Shown here: piece by piece, positions 18,008-25,983 of the stretch | Layout of the letters: the number at the start of each line of letters is the position of its first letter | Numbering within the stretch: the stretch's first letter is position 1 | Assembly (NCBI RefSeq): GCF_008065095.1 | Contig: NZ_CP042911.1 | Location: forward strand, 1,620,001-1,652,000 | DNA: 32,000 bases | DNA from: Gemmata obscuriglobus | GTDB lineage: Bacteria; Planctomycetota; Planctomycetia; Gemmatales; Gemmataceae | Reading direction: 5' to 3' | Made by a program: the position numbers and the translations under genes | Notes under the pieces: model-generated | Seen by the model: only the letters and a program-made list of their open reading frames with translations | What the model was told of the DNA's origin: nothing | Databases searched by the model: none

Positions 18008-18847
18008 ATGGCGGACGGACTGGCCGAGCGCATGAAGTTGTACGAGGGGGCGGAGTCGGGCCGCCGGCTGATGCCGCGGCTGCCGGCGCTGGCGCGGCTC
18101 GACGGGCGGGCGTTCCACGCGTTCGTGCGCGGCTTGGCCCGGCCCTTCGACCAGCGCCTCTCGGACCTGATGATCGACACCCTGGCGGCCTTGGTGCGCG
18201 AGACCAACGCAACGGTCGGGTACACGCAGTCGGACGAGTTCACGCTCGCGTGGGTGCCGTTCGGGGCCGGCACGCAGGTGTTTTTTGACGGGCGCATTCA
18301 GAAGATGACGTCCGCCCTGGCCGCGCTGTGCTCGGTCCACTTCCACCGGCGGTTGCCGGCGTTCCTGCCGGCAGATTACACCGACCGGGTTCCGACGTTC
18401 GATTGCCGGGTGTGGAACGTGCCGACGTTCGACGAGGCGGCCAACGTGTTCGTGTGGCGCGAACTGGACGCGAAGAAGAACTCGATTTCAATGGCGGCCC
18501 GCGCCTACTACGACCACGCGACGGTTCACGGCCGTACCGGAGCCGAGTTGCAGGAGCTGCTTTTTCGGGAGGGTGTGAACTGGAACAGCTACCCGGCGTG
18601 CTTCAAACGGGGCACGTATTCGCGCCGCCGCGCGGTGCGCCGCCCGTTCACGGCCGACGAGCGGGACGCGCTGCCGGCAAAGCACCAGGCGCACCGCACC
18701 CCGGATCTGGTGATCGAACGGTCCGAGGTGGCGGTGTTCAACTTACCGCCGCTCTCGAAGTTAGAGAACCGTGCCGGGGTGCTGTTTCGAGGTGAAGAGC
18801 CGGTACTCAAAAGGGGCACGGCCACCGTGCCCCCGGAGCACGAGTAA
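18008..18847 (+). CDS. Thg1-like protein (TLP), tRNA 3'-5' nucleotidyltransferase family
   Basis: ATG 18008 inside ORF 17123..18847. Family pattern: RMKLYEGAES...LPALARLDGRAFHAFVRGLARPFDQRLSDLMIDT...VGYTQSDEFTLAW...FDGRIQKMTSALAALCSVHF. It is divergent from the LOR/SDH gene, with a 72-bp gap. Confidence 0.8.
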   Translation: MADGLAERMKLYEGAESGRRLMPRLPALARLDGRAFHAFVRGLARPFDQRLSDLMIDTLAALVRETNATVGYTQSDEFTLAWVPFGAGTQVFFDGRIQKMTSALAALCSVHFHRRLPAFLPADYTDRVPTFDCRVWNVPTFDEAANVFVWRELDAKKNSISMAARAYYDHATVHGRTGAELQELLFREGVNWNSYPACFKRGTYSRRRAVRRPFTADERDALPAKHQAHRTPDLVIERSEVAVFNLPPLSKLENRAGVLFRGEEPVLKRGTATVPPEHE

Positions 18848-18853
18848 CGGAGG

Positions 18854-19141
18854 TCAGTATGCGGTCCGGCGCGGAGGGCGGGTGAGCAGACCGATGACTG
18901 TGGCGAACAGCACGCCGCCGATGATCGACCAAACGATTGGGAACGGCTTACCGCCGACCTCGACGATGAAGATCTCGGGCATCCCGGTGGCGCGCTGGAG
19001 CCACAGACCGACGAGCGCTCCGATGAACCCTACGGCGATGGCGACAAGGAGGCCGCCGCGCGAGAAGCCGGCAATCACCTGTGCAACGGCCCCGCAGATC
19101 GCCGCGACGAGTAGCAGCAGGAGGAAGTCGAGTACGTCCAT
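18854..19141 (-). CDS. GlsB/YeaQ/YmgE-family small membrane protein
   Basis: 95 aa with three hydrophobic segments and Gly-rich connectors (ICGAVAQVIAGFSRGGLLVAIAVGFIGALVGLWL), typical of this family. Confidence 0.75.
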   Translation of the reverse strand: MDVLDFLLLLLVAAICGAVAQVIAGFSRGGLLVAIAVGFIGALVGLWLQRATGMPEIFIVEVGGKPFPIVWSIIGGVLFATVIGLLTRPPRRTAY

Positions 19142-19321
19142 TGTTCAGCCCTCGTATCGAAGCGGGCCGCCGAGTGTGGCCCGATAAAGTAATCTCAAGC
19201 AACCTCCATGCCGGGTCACACTTCTTGCTTTCGCGAGAAATGCAAAGGACGGTTGACCCAATCGCGTGCGCTGCTAAAATCAATGGTGTAAATGAGTGGA
19301 TCGAAGTTGTTGGCTCTTGAT

Positions 19322-19396
19322 GGTGGCTGTAGCTCAGTTGGTTAGAGCGCCAGATTGTGGATCTGGATGTCGCGGGTTCAAGTCCCGTCAGTCACC
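19322..19396 (+). tRNA. tRNA-His (anticodon GTG) with genomically encoded G-1; no encoded CCA
   Basis: Cloverleaf read by hand. The acceptor stem is GTGGCTG/CAGTCAC and the D arm is GCTC-AGTTGGTTA-GAGC. The anticodon arm is CCAGA-TTGTGGA-TCTGG and the T arm is GCGGG-TTCAAGT-CCCGT. The discriminator is C73, opposite an extra 5' G at 19322. Confidence 0.92.
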
Positions 19397-19410
19397 CTGA
19401 ACGAAAGACG

Positions 19411-19448
19411 CGTAAGCCCTTGGAAAAACAAGGGCTTACGTCATTTTT
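19411..19448 (+). terminator. Rho-independent terminator after tRNA-His
   Basis: cgtaagcccttg-gaaaaa-caagggcttacg forms a 12-bp perfect stem and is followed by tcattttt. Confidence 0.8.
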
Positions 19449-19634
19449 GTGGCAGGGCATTCACCTGGACGGTTGTGCGTACCCTGTCCAGACCTGACGA
19501 TACTTGGCGGGGCAAAGTACGCAAGAATCACGCAAGCGATTCCTGGACACCGTTTTCGCCCAATTCCCAAGACCAATGAGCTAAACGGCCCTGACGGAAA
19601 GCCGTGGTCCTGACTGATGGTCGCAGTTGCGCCC

Positions 19635-19662
19635 TTGCCGCAGACCGCGAACGAGCTATATT
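19635..19662 (+). promoter_or_regulatory. Sigma-70-type promoter candidate for tRNA-Arg
   Basis: TTGCCG, a 16-nt spacer, then TATATT. The -10 element ends 12 nt before the mature tRNA 5' end. Confidence 0.4.
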
Positions 19663-19674
19663 TTCTAAAGCAAT

Positions 19675-19748
19675 GTGCCCGTAGCTCAACTGGATAGAGC
19701 GTCGGCCTCCGGAGCCGAAGGTTACAGGTTCAACTCCTGTCGGGCATA
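19675..19748 (+). tRNA. tRNA-Arg (anticodon CCG); no encoded CCA
   Basis: Cloverleaf read by hand. The acceptor stem is GTGCCCG/CGGGCAT (G1-U72 wobble) and the D arm is GCTC-AACTGGATA-GAGC. The anticodon arm is TCGGC-CTCCGGA-GCCGA and the T arm is ACAGG-TTCAACT-CCTGT. The discriminator is A. Confidence 0.9.
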
Positions 19749-19752
19749 CTAG

Positions 19753-19782
19753 AAAACCCCTGGGAAACCGGGGTTTTTTTTA
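19753..19782 (+). terminator. Rho-independent terminator after tRNA-Arg
   Basis: The stem is cccc(t)gg-gaaa-ccgggg and it is followed by a run of 8 T. Confidence 0.75.
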
Positions 19783-20145
19783 TTTGCACCGCGGTCCGAG
19801 TGATGGTCGCCGTACCAAATTCCGTACTAAACCGTCCTTGTTTTGCGGGATTGACGGCGCTGGCGCCTTGGATCGGTGTGCCGCCCTCGGCCTACGGACG
19901 TAGACGCTCTCAAGCGATAGATTACCCTCGGTCACCGACCGAGAAGCAGGCGGGAATCCCCTCTCGGCAGGCTGTCTGGCTCTGCGGTCAAGCTCCGGGT
20001 ATAAGCGTCCGAGCGAGATCGGCAGCAGCGGTCGGCACCCGCAGCCCAACGGTGCCAGAAGGGGCGTACTCGGCTCCGAATCGGTCACGCGGGCAATGTG
20101 TCCAAGCGGCAGCACGAGACCGGCAAGAGCCATGAGGTTGCGAAG

Positions 20146-21159
20146 ATGTGGCCGGATACGCCCTTCGAAAAACAGCTCAAGACAGCCCTGAAAAAAATCA
20201 ACGCGCGCGGCGACGTGCTCGCGGGGAACTTCGCGTCGTCAAAAAAGTTCCTCGTTGAGAACGTCTACGAAGAGATCAAACGCGAAGAACGGCACTTGAG
20301 CGACCACGGGCCGCGGCACATCGTGAACGTCTTGGAGAACATCGGGACACTTCTCGGAAAAGAGTACGGTGGCTTCTCGCCCGAGGAGATGTACTGCCTC
20401 GGGATGATCACCCTCTTCCACGACGTCGGGAACATGTACGGCCGCAAGGAGCATCAGGACAAGATCAAGCAGATTTACACGAGGGCAAGGGCGGGAGCAA
20501 ACGAGGACAAGAGCGAGAGGGTGATGGTCCTGATGGCGGCGAAGGCCCACACTGGCGAGGCATCGGACGGGAGCAAGGACACGCTCAAAGATCTTGATAA
20601 TCGTTACTATTTTCAGGGGAGCATCGTTCGGCTTCAGGAAATCGCGGCTATCTTACGGATGGCGGACGAGCTTGCCGAAGGGCCGCAACGAACCTCCCGA
20701 TTGGTGCTGGAGACGCACGGCTACGATGAGAGTAGCCGCATCTACCACCGCTACGCGACGTGCGTCCACGTCAGCATCGACCGCGAGCGAGGTCTCTTCG
20801 CCTTGGACTACCACTTTGCGGTGGATCCGAACGCCGGAGACATTGAGTCGGCTCTTGCGGATATCAAAGAGCTTATAGAATTCTCATACAAACGACTCCT
20901 AAAGCTAGACCAGGAGCGAAGTTATACAAAGTTTTACTGCCCTGCTCTCAGCCCGTTCAAAGCCTCCTCGGCCACGTACCGTTTCTGGATCGGAGACGAC
21001 GAGTGTGGGACGAGACTCCCGGCGCTCTACGTTGACGACAAAGTTGTGCCGGGGGTGAATGCCCGTAGCGTGCCGCAGATCAACCCGCTGTACGAGCCGG
21101 CAACCATAATCGAACAACTGCGAGGCTCGATCCAGCAAAGGAATGGGGGTGTCGCATGA
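20146..21159 (+). CDS. HD-domain metal-dependent phosphohydrolase (candidate effector)
   Basis: The ORF is open from GTG 20098. ATG 20146 has a GAGG motif 9 nt upstream, so I prefer it. The HD signature is DHGPRHIVNVLENIGTLL...MYCLGMITLFHDVGNMYG...ILRMADELAEG. The ~150-aa C-terminal part is unrecognised. The stop overlaps the next start (ATGA). Confidence 0.75.
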   Translation: MWPDTPFEKQLKTALKKINARGDVLAGNFASSKKFLVENVYEEIKREERHLSDHGPRHIVNVLENIGTLLGKEYGGFSPEEMYCLGMITLFHDVGNMYGRKEHQDKIKQIYTRARAGANEDKSERVMVLMAAKAHTGEASDGSKDTLKDLDNRYYFQGSIVRLQEIAAILRMADELAEGPQRTSRLVLETHGYDESSRIYHRYATCVHVSIDRERGLFALDYHFAVDPNAGDIESALADIKELIEFSYKRLLKLDQERSYTKFYCPALSPFKASSATYRFWIGDDECGTRLPALYVDDKVVPGVNARSVPQINPLYEPATIIEQLRGSIQQRNGGVA

Positions 21160-22877
21160 GCACGTCAAACCCTTTCCAGTACGAGGCTGCGAACAACCTG
21201 TCGCCGAGCATGATCGCGGCGTTCTACGTCGAGGATTTCAACTTCTCTCGCGTGATTCAGTCCAAGCGGAACATCTTCCTGGTGGGAGAGCGCGGATCGG
21301 GCAAGACGATGACCTTGCTTTACAACTCGCTTCGCGTCCGCTTGGCGGCCGGAGGCAGGGACGCAAAGTCGCTGGAGATGATCGGGGTGTACATCCCCTG
21401 CAACACGCCCCTTGTTCACCGAAAGGAGTACCAACTACTCAATGAGATCCAGGCCGCCGCAATCTCCGAGCACTTCCTGGTGCTGACGGTAATTTACAAC
21501 ATCGCGGATACTTTGAACGAAGTCCCCGATACCCTCGACGGTGTCAAGCAGAAGGATCTGCGGTCGGATATCGAGTACATACTCGGTATCAAGCTCCGTG
21601 ACACTGTAAACCTGTACGAAGGGATCAGGGAATGGGCCCAGAAGGACATCGTTGCCACCCAGCGCCACATCAATCAGCCGAAGTCTGACTTGTTCTATGA
21701 CAATTGTCTGTCTTTTGCCTCCGGCGTGATGCCCTTGCTGGGCTGCATTCGCAAGATTCCGGTGCTTAAAGACTCGCACCTCATGCTCATGATGGACGAT
21801 GCTCACGACCTGAACGAGCATCAGGCGAGGTCACTGAACTCGTGGATCGCCTACCGCGACCATTCGGCTTTCAGCTTTAAGGTGGCAACCGCGAAGGTCG
21901 GCAAGCCGGACTTCAAGACGACGTCGGGAGGCGCGGTCCTCGAAGGGCACGACTTCACAACGATCGACATGGAGCAGCCGTTCCAGACCGCGTCCTCCGA
22001 CTTCGGGAAGATGTCGGCGAGCATCATCGATCGCCGGCTCAAACGTTGCGGGATTGAGAAAGGTGCGGCGGAGTTCTTTCCCGTAAGCCCACAGTTCGAT
22101 GCCGATATGCGGAAGTGCCACGATCAGGTGAAGGTGCGGGTGGCAAAGGAGCACCCGGACTGGTTGCCGTCGCGGGTGCAGGACTACGTCTACAAGTTCG
22201 GCCGTGCCGAGTACTTCCGAACCCGGTCGCCCAAAGCGAATCGTCCCACCTATTCGGGCTTCGACACGCTCGTGTACCTTTCCACGGGTGTGATCCGTAA
22301 CCTGCTGGAACCGTGCTACCTGATGTACGACGCCGTGCAATCGCGGCGGCACGACGGGGCGGCCGGAGCGGCGCCGACGGAGATTCCCCCGGACGATCAA
22401 TGCGACATCATCCTGCGACAAAGCGAAGCGATGTGGGCAAGGCTGAAGGAAGGTCTCGACAGATCCATTGACGGATGCTCTTCGAAGCAGGCGCGGCAGA
22501 TCGTAACGCTCTTCGAAAAGCTGGCGATGTATTTCCGCGTTCGGCTACTCAACCACGAGTCGGAACCGCAAGCCAACTCCTTCAGCATCACGGGAATGAC
22601 GGAGGCAATTGAGTCCGAACTCTCACCCCTGTTGATGATTGCCCGCAAGGCACAGCTACTTTACATGCGGTTCGGGCCAGCCAAGGCGGGCGGCTTGCGT
22701 GAGGCCTACTACGTTCCGAACCGGATGCTATGGCCGAGCATCGGCTTGGACCTGCACGGACAACACGCCCGCGCATCGCTCAAGGCCAAAGACCTGCTGG
22801 CAGCGAGCAACGGCACGGACATCCCGGTTAAAAAGCCGGACGCCGCGCCTGAACAGCGGGGGCTTTTCGATGAGTAA
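21156..22877 (+). CDS. P-loop NTPase (ORC/Cdc6- or STAND-like AAA ATPase), family unassigned
   Basis: 573 aa. Walker A is NIFLVGERGSGKTMTLLYNS and Walker B is HLMLMMDDAHDL. The ~330-aa C-terminal region is helical and unrecognised. The gene shows 4-nt start overlap with the HD gene and 8-nt stop overlap with the next gene. Confidence 0.75.
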   Translation: MSTSNPFQYEAANNLSPSMIAAFYVEDFNFSRVIQSKRNIFLVGERGSGKTMTLLYNSLRVRLAAGGRDAKSLEMIGVYIPCNTPLVHRKEYQLLNEIQAAAISEHFLVLTVIYNIADTLNEVPDTLDGVKQKDLRSDIEYILGIKLRDTVNLYEGIREWAQKDIVATQRHINQPKSDLFYDNCLSFASGVMPLLGCIRKIPVLKDSHLMLMMDDAHDLNEHQARSLNSWIAYRDHSAFSFKVATAKVGKPDFKTTSGGAVLEGHDFTTIDMEQPFQTASSDFGKMSASIIDRRLKRCGIEKGAAEFFPVSPQFDADMRKCHDQVKVRVAKEHPDWLPSRVQDYVYKFGRAEYFRTRSPKANRPTYSGFDTLVYLSTGVIRNLLEPCYLMYDAVQSRRHDGAAGAAPTEIPPDDQCDIILRQSEAMWARLKEGLDRSIDGCSSKQARQIVTLFEKLAMYFRVRLLNHESEPQANSFSITGMTEAIESELSPLLMIARKAQLLYMRFGPAKAGGLREAYYVPNRMLWPSIGLDLHGQHARASLKAKDLLAASNGTDIPVKKPDAAPEQRGLFDE

Positions 22878-23751
22878 CACCGAACTTTTCGTCACGATGG
22901 CGAGCTGGGAGGAGCGTTTCCTACTAGGCGCGCGGGAGGTCTTCAGCCAAGACGCACCCCGCAAGGCGATCATGTACTACGCGCGGGAGAACGCGGCGAA
23001 TTCGCAAGAGAATCGAGATGGATTTGAGGAGCTTTGCGAGGGGCTGCATGTACAGGTGAAGACCCGAGAGGTCTCGTTCGGATCGCCAGCCGACACCTGG
23101 CGATCACTGCAGGCCGACCTTGCGAGCCAAACGGTCGCCGCGAGCCGGGCGACCGTAGATATCACTACGATGCCGCGGGACATCATCTGGCTGACCTTCT
23201 CATTTCTGAAGGAGGTTGGGTGCGAAGTCAATTACGTATACCACAAGCCCAACTCTTACAACAAGGACTGGCTCAGCCGAGATCCTGATCGACCGCGGCT
23301 GGTTTACAAACTGTCCGGTGAAGCCCGCCTCGGCTGCCCAACGACGTTGATCGTCCTTACGGGGTATGATGTCCGCCGCACAGAGCAACTTATCCGCTTC
23401 TACGAGCCGAAGACAGCATTTCTGGGCATTCAGACGGGCAGCCAATATGGCAACCAGTCGAAAAACACGGACGTGCATGCACCTTTGATTTGCCCGGACG
23501 GGAGCGTGGAGCGGTTCGATGTCGATGCCTACTCGGCAGACAGGGGACTTGCTGCTATCCGAGCCAAGCTCGAGGGCTGCATTGACGACAGCAACGTAGT
23601 TCTCAGCTCGCTGGGGCCAAAGCTGTCTGCCGTCGCGCTATTCCAGCTACACCAAGCCTTCCCCCAGGTGGCGTTAGCTTACGCACCCTCTCAGGAGTAC
23701 AACATTGACTACTCCTCTGGGATCGGTGAGACTGTACGTGGCCAGCTCTGA
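22870..23751 (+). CDS. Hypothetical protein with a Rossmann-like alpha/beta pattern (CARF/Csa3-N-like or SLOG-like?)
   Basis: ATG 22870 lies inside ORF 22639..23751, and ATGAGTAA overlaps the upstream stop. The protein is 293 aa with no TM segment or signal peptide. It shows alternating strand and helix segments ([15 protein letters not shown]..., [59 protein letters not shown]). Confidence 0.6.
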   Translation: MSNTELFVTMASWEERFLLGAREVFSQDAPRKAIMYYARENAANSQENRDGFEELCEGLHVQVKTREVSFGSPADTWRSLQADLASQTVAASRATVDITTMPRDIIWLTFSFLKEVGCEVNYVYHKPNSYNKDWLSRDPDRPRLVYKLSGEARLGCPTTLIVLTGYDVRRTEQLIRFYEPKTAFLGIQTGSQYGNQSKNTDVHAPLICPDGSVERFDVDAYSADRGLAAIRAKLEGCIDDSNVVLSSLGPKLSAVALFQLHQAFPQVALAYAPSQEYNIDYSSGIGETVRGQL

Positions 23752-23759
23752 GCCAAATC

Positions 23760-24980
23760 ATGGAAGATCAGACTATCGAGGGCGTGCGGTCGCATTTCAC
23801 AGCGGCTGACCTGTTTGCCGGAGCCGGCGGACTTAGCCTTGGCTTCGAACAAGGCGGAGCCACAATCGTGTTTGCGGTGGAGCGAGATGCAAATGCAGCT
23901 CGCACATACCGCGCAAATCGCACCGACGTGAAACTGTTTGATAGGGATATTCGAGAGCTAGACCCGGCCACTTGCATGACGTCGGCGGGCATTAAGTCCG
24001 GCGAGCTTTGTGTGTTGATTGGTGGTCCACCGTGCCAAGGATTCTCAGAATCAAACAAGCGAACGCGAACGCTGGAAAACCCTAACAATCACTATTATTT
24101 GGAGTATTTTCGTTTCCTTGCAGCGTTGCAGCCGCAGTGGTTCGTCATCGAAAACGTTGCCGGCTTGAAAACTTTGGCGGGTGGCGCGTTGCTCGATCGG
24201 ATCGCAGAGCAGGCGGATCAGTTGGGGTATACGGCGAGTTGCCTCCAGCTTGAGGCATCCGCGTTCGGGGTACCACAAGTGCGGCGAAGGTTGTTTATCG
24301 TCGGGAACCGCCTTCAGTTGCCCATCATAACCCCGCAGCCAATCTTCGGCGAGGGCTTGGCCAAACCTGTGACTGTTCAAGAGGCGATCGGCGACCTGCC
24401 TCGATTGAGCGCTGGGGCTGCGATCGACATTCTGCCCTACCCTAGCCGCTCCAAACTATCCGACTACCAGTTGCGGATGCGGCGAGGTTCCGTGTCTGTT
24501 CAAGGCAACCTGGTCACAAAAAATTCACCACTGGTGCTGAAGCGGTACGAAGTCATTCGGCCTGGCCAGAACTGGGAGTCGATCCCGAACCGCCTTCTGA
24601 AGAACTACAGCGATGCTTCTCGGTGTCATACCGGTATTTACTACCGGCTGGTAGCCAACCAGCCTTCGAAGGTGATCGGCAACTTCCGCAAGAACATGCT
24701 TATCCACCCCTCTCAGCACCGGGGGCTCTCGGTGCGCGAGGCAGCGCGCATTCAGTCTTTCCCCGACGCCTACCAGTTCACGGGAAGCATCGGGTTCCAG
24801 CAACAACAGGTCGCTGACGCGGTACCGCCCCTTCTGGCAAAAGTCGTCGCCCAAATGATTCTAAGTTCGATGCTTCAGTTGCCTCCTGGCAACAAGCAGG
24901 CAAGGCACCGCTCACTAGGCCGTGGAAGTAGAACAAAAGGCTCGCGGAAGTCGGCCCGCAGGGCGGTTGGGGTTCGTTGA
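23760..24980 (+). CDS. DNA (cytosine-5)-methyltransferase
   Basis: The motifs are all present. Motif I is [12 protein letters not shown] is GGPPCQGFS and VI is FVIENVAGL. Motif VIII is [12 protein letters not shown] is [16 protein letters not shown] and X is ADAVPPLLA. The gene starts 8 nt after the upstream stop. It has an unusual ~40-aa Arg/Lys-rich C-terminal tail. Confidence 0.92.
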   Translation: MEDQTIEGVRSHFTAADLFAGAGGLSLGFEQGGATIVFAVERDANAARTYRANRTDVKLFDRDIRELDPATCMTSAGIKSGELCVLIGGPPCQGFSESNKRTRTLENPNNHYYLEYFRFLAALQPQWFVIENVAGLKTLAGGALLDRIAEQADQLGYTASCLQLEASAFGVPQVRRRLFIVGNRLQLPIITPQPIFGEGLAKPVTVQEAIGDLPRLSAGAAIDILPYPSRSKLSDYQLRMRRGSVSVQGNLVTKNSPLVLKRYEVIRPGQNWESIPNRLLKNYSDASRCHTGIYYRLVANQPSKVIGNFRKNMLIHPSQHRGLSVREAARIQSFPDAYQFTGSIGFQQQQVADAVPPLLAKVVAQMILSSMLQLPPGNKQARHRSLGRGSRTKGSRKSARRAVGVR

Positions 24981-24989
24981 CAGCGGACC

Positions 24990-25018
24990 TGGCAAAGGGT
25001 ACTGTTCGCCCGTATAAA
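24990..25018 (+). promoter_or_regulatory. Weak sigma-70-like promoter candidate upstream of thyX
   Basis: TGGCAA, a 17-nt spacer, then TATAAA, ending 29 nt before the thyX ATG. The -35 element matches only 3 of 6 positions. Confidence 0.25.
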
Positions 25019-25047
25019 AGCCACTGGCTAGAACCCGGGAGACAGCA

Positions 25048-25983
25048 ATGGAACAGATCGAACGCCCCGTCGTTCCGGCCCTCGACGCGATCCTCGGCCA
25101 GCAGTTCAAGGTGCTGGACAACGGGTTCGTCCGCGTCGTCGATTACATGGGGTCGGATGACTCGATTGTGCAGGCGGCCCGCGTTTCCTACGGAAAGGGA
25201 ACGAAGAAGGTTTCTGAGGATCGCGGCCTGATCCGGTACCTCCTGCGAAACTGGCACACCACGCCGTTCGAGATGTGCGAGCTGAAGCTTCACGTCCGTG
25301 TTCCGATGGACTGCTGGCGGCAATGGATTCGACACCGCACGGCCAACGTCAACGAGTACTCCACGCGATACTCCGAAGCGATCGATGCCGCACAGGTCAC
25401 TGCCCCCGATGGATGGCGTAGCCAATCCTCCGCAAACCGTCAGGGTAGCGCGGGAGTACTCGACACTGCAATCGGCGAAGAACTAACGGCAGAAGAGGAG
25501 CGGCTCCTGAAGCACAGCCGCTCAGTGTACGAGAAGCGGCTGTCGGCTGGGGTAGCCAGAGAGCAGGCCCGCAAAGACCTCCCTCTGTCCACCTACACCG
25601 AGGCCTATTGGAAGGTGGACCTCCACAACCTCTTCAACTTCCTTCGCCTGCGGATGGACGCGCACGCCCAGCTTGAAATTCGATCCTACGCCACGGTGAT
25701 CGGGAACGAGATCGTAAGCCGCTGGTGCCCGGTGGCGTGGGAAGCGTTCGTCGATTACCGACTCAACTCTGTGGCCCTGTCACGGCTGGAAATCGAGGTG
25801 ATTCAGGCGCTTGCCGGCAATAATGTGGCCGGAGCGGTCCGCCTCGGGATCGAAGCCGGCTTGCTGGACGAGAACGGATCGCCATTGAAGCAGAGTCGTG
25901 AACGCGGAGAGCTGGAAGCGAAACTAGCCCGGCTCGGCATCGCCTGCCCGTGGGCTCAACCTGCAGTGCAGTCAGCACAGTAA
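25048..25983 (+). CDS. thyX: FAD-dependent thymidylate synthase ThyX
   Basis: The ThyX motif is RHRTANVNEYSTRY (RHR-x7-S). N-terminal family pattern: FKVLDNGFVRVVDYMGSDDSIVQAARVSYGKG...LIRYLLRNWHTTPFEM. At 311 aa the protein has a C-terminal extension compared with minimal ThyX proteins. Confidence 0.9.
   Translation: MEQIERPVVPALDAILGQQFKVLDNGFVRVVDYMGSDDSIVQAARVSYGKGTKKVSEDRGLIRYLLRNWHTTPFEMCELKLHVRVPMDCWRQWIRHRTANVNEYSTRYSEAIDAAQVTAPDGWRSQSSANRQGSAGVLDTAIGEELTAEEERLLKHSRSVYEKRLSAGVAREQARKDLPLSTYTEAYWKVDLHNLFNFLRLRMDAHAQLEIRSYATVIGNEIVSRWCPVAWEAFVDYRLNSVALSRLEIEVIQALAGNNVAGAVRLGIEAGLLDENGSPLKQSRERGELEAKLARLGIACPWAQPAVQSAQ

Noticed and set aside
19355-19579. A 74-aa ORF starts inside tRNA-His.
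   Set aside because: It begins in the anticodon loop and reads through the tRNA and its terminator. It is an artefact.
19616-19809. The 10-mer tgatggtcgc occurs on both sides of tRNA-Arg (about 19616 and 19801), which could suggest att-like direct repeats.
   Set aside because: It is only 10 nt long. By my rough estimate, several such close 10-mer pairs are expected by chance in a 32-kb window. It does not overlap the tRNA 3' end, as real att sites usually do.
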